Assembly: GCA_964657765.1 (NCBI GenBank)
Contig: CAZZWN010000001.1
Location: 28,858-73,509 of the forward strand
Direction: 5' to 3'
Origin: an uncultured Acetobacteraceae bacterium
Lineage (GTDB): Bacteria; Pseudomonadota; Alphaproteobacteria; Acetobacterales; Acetobacteraceae
Length of the DNA: 44,652 nt
Positions 36,803-44,652 of this stretch are shown piece by piece. Both the position numbers and the translations under genes were made by a program. Numbering within the stretch: position 1 is the first letter of the stretch; each line of letters begins with the position of its first letter. The notes below the pieces were generated by a model that was not told where the DNA came from, searched no databases, and saw only the letters and a program-made list of their open reading frames with translations.

Positions 36803-38308
36803 CTAATGCACCGCCGCATACATGATGCGCTCCTGCGTCGCCTCGCTGGCAGTGAACTCCTCCACCACGCGGCCCTGGCGGAACACCAGGATGCGATCCG
36901 ACAGGTTCAGTATCTCCGGCAAGTAAGAAGAGATCACCAATACCGCGAGACCATCGTCGGCCAGGCGGTTGATCAACTGGTGGATCTCGACGATCGCCCC
37001 CACGTCCACGCCGCGAGTCGGCTCGTCGAAGATCACCAGCTTGGGGCGCTGCACCAGCGACTTCGCGATGACCACCTTCTGCTGGTTGCCGCCCGACAGC
37101 TCGATCGTGCGCGCGTCGTCGTTGATGCTGCGAATATTGAGCGCGGCGTGCCAATGCTTCGCCAATTTCCCCATTTCGCTCAGCTTGACAACCGTCGTAT
37201 TGTCCCCGGCGGCAGCGAGCTTGCCGAGATAGACGTTCTCCGCGATCGACATCGTCTCGAAGAACCCGTCCATCTTGCGGTCCTCCGTGACGTAGACGAC
37301 GCCCTGCTCAACCGCCGGGCGCGGCACGCGGAAGCGGACGCTCCGGCCCTCCAGCCGGATCTCGCCACCATGGAAGAAGTCCCGCTTGGCGACGCCGGCC
37401 ACCACCTTCGCGGTCTCGGTCCGGCCGGAGCCGATCAGCCCGAACATGCCGGTGATCTGCCCGCCATACAGCGAGAACGAGTTGTTGCGCACCATCGAAC
37501 CCATCGACAGGTTCTGCACGCTCAGCACGCGTGGCCCACGCGGCCGCGGGCTGCGGTGCTGCGTTTTCGCGTCGCCATACAGCTCGTTGGAAAGCGAGCG
37601 CCCGACCATTGCGCGGATGACCTTCTCGCGGTCGAACCGGCTCGTCTCGTCGCTCGCGACCGTCTCGCCGTCGCGCAGGACGGTGATGCGGTCGGCGAGC
37701 TCCAGCGCCTCCTCCAGGGCGTGCGAGATGAAGATGATCGAGACGCCGCTGCGCTTCAAACGGCGAATAAGCGCGAAGAAGTGGTGCTTCTCCTCCGGCG
37801 TCAGCGAGGCCGTTGGCTCGTCGAAGATGATGATGCGCGCCTGCATCTCCACGGCGCGGGCGATCTCGACCATCTGTTTCTTCGCGGCGCCGAGCGAGGC
37901 GACGGTGGCCGCCGGATCGACGGGGAAGTTCAGCGATTGCAGGCTCTGCTGCGCCGCGATGTTGATCCCGCGCAGCCGGTTGAAGAAGCGTTCGCGGCCG
38001 AGATAGATGTTCTGCGCGACCGTCAGCGCCGGCACCAGGCTGGTTTCCTGGTAGACCATGGCGATGCCCGCCCGCAGCGCCTCGGCAGGCTGCGTGAAGG
38101 CGACCGGCCGGCCGTCGAGCAGGATCTCGCCACGCGTGGGCGCGACGGCGCCAGCGACGATTTTCGTCAACGTAGACTTGCCCGCACCGTTCTCGCCGAG
38201 GATGGCGTGCACCTCGCCGGCCTCCAGCGTGAAGTCGATGGCGTTGATGGCGACGACGCCGCGATATGTCTTGGTGATGTCCCGCAGTTCGAGCAATGGC
38301 GTCGTCAT
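36803..38308 (-). CDS. Sugar (CUT2) ABC ATP-binding protein with two NBDs
   Basis: GENGAGKS, DEPTASL, LSGGNQQKVV, DEPTRGVDVGA; ATG 38308. Confidence 0.93.
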   Translation of the reverse strand: MTTPLLELRDITKTYRGVVAINAIDFTLEAGEVHAILGENGAGKSTLTKIVAGAVAPTRGEILLDGRPVAFTQPAEALRAGIAMVYQETSLVPALTVAQNIYLGRERFFNRLRGINIAAQQSLQSLNFPVDPAATVASLGAAKKQMVEIARAVEMQARIIIFDEPTASLTPEEKHHFFALIRRLKRSGVSIIFISHALEEALELADRITVLRDGETVASDETSRFDREKVIRAMVGRSLSNELYGDAKTQHRSPRPRGPRVLSVQNLSMGSMVRNNSFSLYGGQITGMFGLIGSGRTETAKVVAGVAKRDFFHGGEIRLEGRSVRFRVPRPAVEQGVVYVTEDRKMDGFFETMSIAENVYLGKLAAAGDNTTVVKLSEMGKLAKHWHAALNIRSINDDARTIELSGGNQQKVVIAKSLVQRPKLVIFDEPTRGVDVGAIVEIHQLINRLADDGLAVLVISSYLPEILNLSDRILVFRQGRVVEEFTASEATQERIMYAAVH

Positions 38309-39375
38309 GGCTCGGCCGCCCCGGCTTCGACGGCGACAATGGCGTCGCCGCCCTTGCTCGCGACCAGCAGCGCGCCATCGTGCTCGACGACGCTGGTAAC
38401 GCCGTGCCGCATCCCGTCCGCCCGGCTGTGCCAGCTTTCGACCGGCTCGAACCCCCGGTCCAACCGCACGACCAACCCATAGGAGCGGGTGGGCGCCCAT
38501 GAGTTCAGCGTCGCCATGTGCTTTACCGCGCCGCCCTGCAACGGCTCCAGGAACGAACGGCCGCTGACCAGCGCCGGCGCCATCCAGTGGTCCACATGGA
38601 TCTCCTGCATCATGCGGCGGCGATAGCCCGGCTCGCGCAGCACGAACTCCACCATCTGGCTGCGCGGCGCGAACACCGCGAGCCAAGCGCCGTCCGCGGC
38701 GGCGACGATGCGGCCGGGGTAGCCCGGCAGGTCGTCCAGCAGCACTTTCGGCGAGCCATCGCCATCGAGCCGCAGCAGCCGGTGCCGCCAGCTCTCGCTC
38801 ACGACGATGCCGCCGGCGTCGATCAGCACGCCGCAGGGCCAGGCGAGGCCGCGCGCCAGGCATGCCGGCGCCTCCCCGCCCAAGCCGACGCGCCAGACCG
38901 AGCCGGAAGCGCCCCGCTCCATCAGGTCATGCCGCCAGCGCGACGGCGGATGCACGGCCGAGCCGTGTGCGACGACCAGCGAGCCCGCATCGAAGGCCAG
39001 CGCGGTCGGGCAGGTCCCGCCGGATTGCAGCAGGCTTTGTCCGGACGCGCGATGGAGCATGACCCGGCCGTCATCCAACCCCACCGCCAGCGTCCCGCCG
39101 CCATCCGCCGCGAGGCACGTCACGGCGGCGTCGAACACCGCGGCGGCGTCGTCCGCAGGGCTGCCCGGCGCCAAGCGGAACAGCGTGTCGCCGCTGGAAT
39201 AGAGCACGCCGTCCTTGGTCGCGACGAGGTTGTCCGGCTCGTTCGCCACCCGCAATACCTCGCCGTCGTCCAGCCGGCGGTTGGCCCGCAACGCGCCGTC
39301 CATGGCCGGGATCGTTACCGCGGACGCGCCCCGGCCCAGAAACGCGTCGTAGCGCGCCCGCAAGCCGGACATCAT
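38305..39375 (-). CDS. Strictosidine-synthase-like beta-propeller protein (degenerate)
   Basis: LARGLAWPCG, VSESWRHRL, DLPGYPGRI, GVTSVVEH repeats; overlaps both neighbours. Confidence 0.8.
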   Translation of the reverse strand: MMSGLRARYDAFLGRGASAVTIPAMDGALRANRRLDDGEVLRVANEPDNLVATKDGVLYSSGDTLFRLAPGSPADDAAAVFDAAVTCLAADGGGTLAVGLDDGRVMLHRASGQSLLQSGGTCPTALAFDAGSLVVAHGSAVHPPSRWRHDLMERGASGSVWRVGLGGEAPACLARGLAWPCGVLIDAGGIVVSESWRHRLLRLDGDGSPKVLLDDLPGYPGRIVAAADGAWLAVFAPRSQMVEFVLREPGYRRRMMQEIHVDHWMAPALVSGRSFLEPLQGGAVKHMATLNSWAPTRSYGLVVRLDRGFEPVESWHSRADGMRHGVTSVVEHDGALLVASKGGDAIVAVEAGAAEP

Positions 39376-41552
39376 CCGCGCGGCCCCCAATAGCTGTCGT
39401 TGCACGTCCAGTTCACGTCCGCCCCGGGAATCCGGTAGCGGCCGACGCGGTTGTTCAATATGCCGCCCAGATAGAGCCAGCCGCGGTGCTCGCGCATCGA
39501 GGTGATCATCGGATGGTTGCGCCCGGTGCGGTCCCACAGCGCGTCCAGAACCTGCCCCTGGTCGTCGATCTTCACCACCGAGCCGATGTTGATGTTGGGA
39601 TACAGCCACTCGTCGGCCGCCACCCGCCGGGCCATGCGGCGGCGGAAGCCCGGCATGCGCAAGGCAAGGTCCACGACCGGCGAGCGCATCCCCACCAGCG
39701 CCAGCCAGTAGTTTCCGTCGGACGCGCGGTTGATGTTGTCCGGATGCCCCGGCAGGTTGGCGATCACCACCTCGGTCGTGCCGGCGCGTGGTCCGGCGAT
39801 CCAATACCGGCTGATGGAGCAGGCCCAGGTCTGCGCGAACAGGAACGACTGCCCGTCATGCGCCATGCAGACGCCGTTGGGGAACCGCAGCCCGCGCAGG
39901 ATGGTGCGGGTGGTGCGATGCGCCGGGTCGTAGCAAATGAGCCGCCCGTTGCCGCGCGCCTCGAGGGCATCGACCGGCCAGGTATGCATCTCGTAGCGGA
40001 TCGTCGCCTCGCTGAAGTAGATGCGGCCGTCCGGCGCGATGTCGAGGTCGTCGGCCAGGCGCAGGCGGGTATCGTCGTTGACCGAAAGCCGGGTGCGGTT
40101 GGTCTCGTCGGTCATCTTCTCCACCATCGCGTCGGGGCGCACCTGATACAGCCCCATGCCGCCGACGCAGACCAGCAGGTTGCCCGCGCGGTCGAACGCC
40201 ATGCCGAGCGGAAATCCGCCGATATGCGCAAAGATCTCGTGGCGTTTGTAGTCCGGGGCGAAAAAGCGGTGGATGTCGCCTTGGCGGGACCCTGTGTACA
40301 TGTTGTCGTCGCGGTCGAAGATCACGTCCTCCGGCCCGTCCACCATGTCGAGCCCGATGACCTCCACGTCGTTGAGCTTGTCATTTACCGCGTAGGGCGA
40401 CCCCGAGCCCGCCTGCGCCGAGGGCGCCGGGGCCAGCCGTTGGTAGGCCGGCGAGATATAGACCTTGCTCAGCAGCTTGTGCCGGTTCTTCAGCCACTTC
40501 ACGTCGACGACGATGGCCAGCAGCAGGAACCCGCCGAGGATCAGCGGCCCGGCGCCGGAGTGCAGGCCGAGCCGCACCACGCCGTTGACGATGGCGAGCA
40601 CGGTGATCGAGCCCATCAATGCCTTGGCGGTCGAGCCGCGTCCGCCGCCGAGGCTGTTGCCGCCCAGGATCGCCGCCGTCAGCACGCTGAGTTCCAGCCC
40701 TGCACCGGTATCCGACCCGGTGCTGCCCAGCCGCGACGCATACAGGAACGCCGCCAGCCCGCACAGCAGCCCGGCGATGACGTAGGTGGCGCAGATCGTC
40801 CGCCGCACCGAAATGCCGGCATTGTGGGCGGAGCGCCGCGAGCCGCCGACCGCCATGACGTGCCAGCCCGGCCGGGTGCGGCTGAGCAGCACATGACCGC
40901 CGACCACCAGGACGCTCAGCACGATGAGGCTGAACGGCACGCCGAGCACCGCGCCGTCGCCAAGCCAGTCCCACACGTCCGAATCCACCGTCGCCGTCGA
41001 GATCGGCACCGCGTAGTTCAGCAGCAGGGTGTCGACGACGGCGCGCACGATGATCAGCACGACCAGGGTGGTGAGGAACGCCCGCAGCCGCAAATAGCCG
41101 ACCAGTATGCCGTTCAGCAGGCCGACGGCGCCGCAGGCCAGCAAGGTGCAGGCGAAGCTCGCCGCGACCGGCAGGCCGAGCAGGTTCATGCAAATGAGCG
41201 CGACCATGTTGCCCAGGGCGAAGTTCGACCCGACGCTGAGGTCGATGCCGCCGCCGACCATCACGACCATCTCGCCGAGCACGACGCAGCCGAACTCGCC
41301 GAGCTGCCGGGCGCTGGAGGCCAGGCTGTCAGGGGCGAGGAAGTCGGGGATCAGGCTGCTGAACAGCACGAGCACGATCAGCAGGAAGGCGAACGGCGTC
41401 GCGTTGTCGACCCAGCCCTTCGAGAGGATTTCGCCGACGACATGGTCCGGGAACAGCGCATAGCGCCAGCGGACCATTGTCTCGGCCAATCCAACGGGCC
41501 GTGGCGCAGCGGCTTCTGCCGCGGGTGGGACCGCGGCTCTCCCGTCCGGCAT
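39372..41552 (-). CDS. Sugar ABC permease fused to a strictosidine-synthase-like/lactonase domain
   Basis: N-half GGIDLSVGS, AILGGNSLGGGRG; C-half GPEDV, GFPLG, ADDLDI, FPNG, PGHPDNI. Confidence 0.9.
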   Translation of the reverse strand: MPDGRAAVPPAAEAAAPRPVGLAETMVRWRYALFPDHVVGEILSKGWVDNATPFAFLLIVLVLFSSLIPDFLAPDSLASSARQLGEFGCVVLGEMVVMVGGGIDLSVGSNFALGNMVALICMNLLGLPVAASFACTLLACGAVGLLNGILVGYLRLRAFLTTLVVLIIVRAVVDTLLLNYAVPISTATVDSDVWDWLGDGAVLGVPFSLIVLSVLVVGGHVLLSRTRPGWHVMAVGGSRRSAHNAGISVRRTICATYVIAGLLCGLAAFLYASRLGSTGSDTGAGLELSVLTAAILGGNSLGGGRGSTAKALMGSITVLAIVNGVVRLGLHSGAGPLILGGFLLLAIVVDVKWLKNRHKLLSKVYISPAYQRLAPAPSAQAGSGSPYAVNDKLNDVEVIGLDMVDGPEDVIFDRDDNMYTGSRQGDIHRFFAPDYKRHEIFAHIGGFPLGMAFDRAGNLLVCVGGMGLYQVRPDAMVEKMTDETNRTRLSVNDDTRLRLADDLDIAPDGRIYFSEATIRYEMHTWPVDALEARGNGRLICYDPAHRTTRTILRGLRFPNGVCMAHDGQSFLFAQTWACSISRYWIAGPRAGTTEVVIANLPGHPDNINRASDGNYWLALVGMRSPVVDLALRMPGFRRRMARRVAADEWLYPNINIGSVVKIDDQGQVLDALWDRTGRNHPMITSMREHRGWLYLGGILNNRVGRYRIPGADVNWTCNDSYWGPRG

Positions 41553-41614
41553 GTTCGACCTCCTGATCGTTTGGGGCTAACGCGCCGCCATGGGCCCGAC
41601 CGTTATCGGCGAGG

Positions 41615-42640
41615 TCATTCCGCCGCAGTTTGCAGCTGGCTCAGCTTCCAGCAGGTATCCGGCCCGATCGTCTCCTTGCTCAGCACCTGGATGGGGGTGA
41701 TCTGGGTTATCTTCTGCGCGCCGGGCTTGGGCTTGTTCTGCAGCAGCGCGCGGATGTCGGTGTTCATGTCCTGCCCTTGGCGCGGGACGTCGTAGCTCAG
41801 CTCCGCCCCGAAGGTGCCGTTCGCCACGTTGTTGCAGGCCGTGTCGCTGCCGCCGCCGGAGGTCACGAGATATACCTGGTCGGCCTTGCCGGCCTCGCGG
41901 ATGGCGGAGCCGGTGCCGACGTCCATGGTGTCCCAGAAGCCGATGACGCCGCACAAATCGGGATTCTGCTGCATGATCGTCTGGGTGACGGCGCGCGCCT
42001 TGCTGCTGTCCCAATCCGCCGCCTGGTTCGACACCACCTTGATCTCCGGATGCTTGCCGAGGACGTTGTTGATGCCCGTCATCTGGAAGACGCTCGCGGC
42101 GGCGGTCAATACGCCTTGGACGATGGCGATCTTGCCGGACTTGTTGGCCCCGGCGCCGCATTTCTGCACCATGATGTCGGCGGCCTTCTCGCCGAGGCTC
42201 ACGTAGTCGGCGCCGACGAAATAGTCGGTGGCGAAGGTGCTCTTCATGTTGATCTGGATGACGTAGATGCCGGCGTCCTGCGCCTTCTTCATCAGCCGCG
42301 CGTAGACCTGCACATCCGGGTTGTGGATGACCAGGATGTCGGGCTTCTCGGTAATGAGCTGCGATATCGCCTGCGCCCCGGCGTCGCTGCTGAAATTCGG
42401 GTTGCGGACGACGTAGTTGTAGCCGAGTTGCTTGGATTGCTGCTTGAGGATGGCGCTCCAGCCCTCCGTCAGGTCGAAACCGAGCGACACCGGGACGAAC
42501 GCCACCGTCTTGCCCTTGAACTGCTCGCCGACGGGCTGCGGCGCGTCCTTTGCGGTTTGCGCGTGCGCGGCCGTCAGCGGCGCGGTCCCGAGCAGCGCGC
42601 CACAAAGCAGCAGGCCACGGAGCAGATGGTGGAAACGCAT
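41615..42640 (-). CDS. Sugar ABC periplasmic binding protein (RbsB-like)
   Basis: Signal peptide; KPDILVIHNPD, HPEIKVV, ADWD; AAAAGGGA SD. Confidence 0.9.
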   Translation of the reverse strand: MRFHHLLRGLLLCGALLGTAPLTAAHAQTAKDAPQPVGEQFKGKTVAFVPVSLGFDLTEGWSAILKQQSKQLGYNYVVRNPNFSSDAGAQAISQLITEKPDILVIHNPDVQVYARLMKKAQDAGIYVIQINMKSTFATDYFVGADYVSLGEKAADIMVQKCGAGANKSGKIAIVQGVLTAAASVFQMTGINNVLGKHPEIKVVSNQAADWDSSKARAVTQTIMQQNPDLCGVIGFWDTMDVGTGSAIREAGKADQVYLVTSGGGSDTACNNVANGTFGAELSYDVPRQGQDMNTDIRALLQNKPKPGAQKITQITPIQVLSKETIGPDTCWKLSQLQTAAE

Positions 42641-42793
42641 GGATCGTCCCTTTTCCGATTATTTTTCTGAGGAGCAGCTTAGGTGCCTAGCCGCGTGCCA
42701 TGCAAGGTTGCGTGGGCGCCGACTTTGCGGCGCGTCGATGCTGGTCCCTCGTGCCGTGCCTTGCCACGGAATACATCCGGGCCGGAGGTTGCC

Positions 42794-43126
42794 ATGGCGG
42801 TTCGAACGCTGGCCGAGCGGAAGACTGCGGCGGTCGCTGCAAAGACGGCCGCCATAGACGAGCTGCTCCGCCTACTAGAAAACCGGGCCCGGGAGATCGG
42901 CGGACGCTACATCCTCTACGGTTCCGCCGCGCGGGGGGAACTCCGCCCGGACAGCGACGTGGACCTTCTGCTCGACTTCTCCGACAATGACGCGACTGGG
43001 CTTGCCTGGAGCTTTGCCGAGGACGAGTGCGCGCGGCTCGGCCTTGATGGCGACGTCCGGCCTATCGCTATGTGCGCTCCGCGCTTCCTCAATCACGTCA
43101 TGCCCGGGGCGAGGAGGCTGCCATGA
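42794..43126 (+). CDS. Minimal nucleotidyltransferase (MNT, antitoxin-like)
   Basis: LYGSAARGELRPDSDVDLL signature; GGAGG SD before ATG 42794. Confidence 0.85.
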   Translation: MAVRTLAERKTAAVAAKTAAIDELLRLLENRAREIGGRYILYGSAARGELRPDSDVDLLLDFSDNDATGLAWSFAEDECARLGLDGDVRPIAMCAPRFLNHVMPGARRLP

Positions 43127-43192
43127 GCGCGTCCATACCTGCTGCTTTCAGGCCGGGACACCAGCCGCCGGCATCATGCGCCGGCTTCTGCC

Positions 43193-44161
43193 TTAAATAT
43201 CCCCCTGCTGCGCCGTCTGCTCGTCGCGTGGGTTGACGAGCGAATCGAAGATGATCGCCGTCAATAAAATAAGGCTCTTGATAATGTTTTGCGCGGTATA
43301 GGGCATGTCCATGATCGTCATGCCGTTCAGCAAGGTGCCGATCAGCAGCGTCCCCACGATGACGTTGCGGATGCCGCCCTTGCCGCCCGACAGCCCGACC
43401 CCGCCGATCACCACCACGAGGATGATGTCGTAGATCAAGGTGGAGTCGACGATCCGCGTGTTCATGCTGCTCACCGACGTCGCCGTGATCAGCCCGGCGA
43501 CAAAGGCCGCGAGCGCCGACAAGGCGAACTGCAGCACGATGATCGGGCGCACCGGCACCCCCGTCACATGCGCCGCGCGGGGGTTATCGCCAATGCCATA
43601 GATGAAGCGGCCCAGCTTGGTGGCGCGCAGCAGCAACGAGGCCGCCAGCGCAATGCCGGCGAAGCACAATACGGCGACCGGAATGCCATACACGCTTCCC
43701 GCGCCGATCCAGCTCAGCGGCGCGCTCGCCGGCGTCACATAGACCTCGCCGAGGCTGAGCAGCCTGAACTGGCCGAACCCGGCGATGATCGCCGCCATCG
43801 CGAGCGACGCGAAAATCGCGGGAACCTCGAGATAGGCGATCAAAAGGCCCGATATCAAGCCGGCGGCGACCGCGAAACCGAGGCCAAGCAGGAAGGCGAT
43901 GGCCAGCGGAGTGCCCTGTGCCGCCTGGTCGAGGGTCCATGCGACCGACACCGCCATGACAGCGACGATCGACAGGTCGATGCCGCGCCCGATCACGACG
44001 ATCGCCATGCCGACGCCGAGAATGCCCAATACGGAGACGCTACGGATCAGCGTCCAGAAATTCTCGACCGTCAAGAACCGCGGCAGAGTTAGGGAAAATA
44101 TGGCGAACAGGAAGACGGTGATCGCGAAGACGATCCTTTCCTGGTTCAGATACTTGCTCAT
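43193..44161 (-). CDS. Sugar ABC permease (RbsC-like)
   Basis: GRGIDLSI, GDNPRAAHVTG, VVIGGVGLSGGKG. Confidence 0.92.
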   Translation of the reverse strand: MSKYLNQERIVFAITVFLFAIFSLTLPRFLTVENFWTLIRSVSVLGILGVGMAIVVIGRGIDLSIVAVMAVSVAWTLDQAAQGTPLAIAFLLGLGFAVAAGLISGLLIAYLEVPAIFASLAMAAIIAGFGQFRLLSLGEVYVTPASAPLSWIGAGSVYGIPVAVLCFAGIALAASLLLRATKLGRFIYGIGDNPRAAHVTGVPVRPIIVLQFALSALAAFVAGLITATSVSSMNTRIVDSTLIYDIILVVVIGGVGLSGGKGGIRNVIVGTLLIGTLLNGMTIMDMPYTAQNIIKSLILLTAIIFDSLVNPRDEQTAQQGDI

Positions 44162-44217
44162 ATCTGCACTCCGAACGGTTGATCCCCTCGTTCAAGCATC
44201 AAGGCACTTGCAGTGCT

Positions 44218-44485
44218 GGCGGCCTGCGCTCGCATGTCCGGTCCCACCATCTTCGTGAGCCTGCCCCTTCCTGATCATCGCCATCGCCCCGCAGCCAGCG
44301 CCCATGGAAAAGGCTGCGGACGCGACGCCCCTTGGTCGCCCTGTCCTGCTTGATCCCTATCGTCACCCACAGATGCCCGCCACACGCGGCTAAAGCCAAG
44401 CACCTAGACCATTCTTCCGCAACACCACCCTAACTCACGACACGACGATGCCACGCTCGGCCAAGATGAACTCCATATCGCGCAG
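44218..44485 (-). mobile_element. IS6-family transposase debris
   Basis: LRDMEFILAERGIVVS* (44485-44435) and AGCGAMAMIRKGQ (44299-44261)/DMRAQAA (44238-44218) resemble IS6 N- and C-terminal motifs, recognised from memory. Confidence 0.6.
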
Positions 44486-44576
44486 GCAGCCTGGGGCTCG
44501 GTCTTCTGGGAGGCAAGGCGCACGGCAGCGTCGTCCTCGACGCCGGCACCGTCTTGCCCGCCTTGGCTTGCTCCGC

Positions 44577-44647
44577 CTAGTGGTCCGATCCTAACGCTTG
44601 GTTCCCGAGCGTTAGGTGAATCGGCCCACCATACAAAGGCTAGTGGT
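44577..44647. repeat. Short palindromic element (MITE/REP-like)
   Basis: CCTAACGCT...AGCGTTAGG perfect 9-bp stem with imperfect outer arms; CTAGTGGT at both 44577 and 44640. Confidence 0.5.
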
Positions 44648-44652
44648 GCAAA

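Noticed and set aside
39486-41795. 769-aa plus-strand ORF and other long antisense ORFs (36806-38482, 19986-21566, 17380-18756, 179-1312)
   Set aside because: Shadow frames of well-supported genes in high-GC DNA; no recognisable motifs.
1-44652. CRISPR arrays, tRNA/rRNA, integrases, intact defence systems
   Set aside because: No spaced direct repeats or diagnostic motifs seen on manual reading.

Overview
High-GC alphaproteobacterial DNA (gene content suggests Acetobacteraceae/Rhodospirillales; inference) in three blocks. (1) 1-26.4 kb is a sulfur-scavenging island. It carries a YeiH-type exporter, three ABC importers, seven sulfur-type binding proteins, three luciferase-like monooxygenases including SsuD, two acyl-CoA-dehydrogenase-fold enzymes, a class II aldolase, an FAD protein, and a beta-carbonic anhydrase/Sbp/SulP trio. 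No flavin reductase or transcription factor is visible. (2) 26.7-36.7 kb is a chemotaxis block: unknown gene, cheY-cheZ, IS630 relic, MCP, cheA(hybrid)-cheW-cheB-cheR. (3) 36.8-44.2 kb is a sugar-type ABC operon with a permease/beta-propeller fusion, interrupted by an orphan MNT gene and preceded by IS6 debris. The strongest candidate novelty is absent from the ORF track: a probably leaderless 29-codon uORF (1976-2065, ending MMCRCRCQSF) whose Cys codons are complementary to the Shine-Dalgarno of the next gene, which would make it a cysteine-sensing translational attenuator. Two weaker Cys-tailed uORFs sit at other sulfur operons. All calls come from manual reading; no searches were run.
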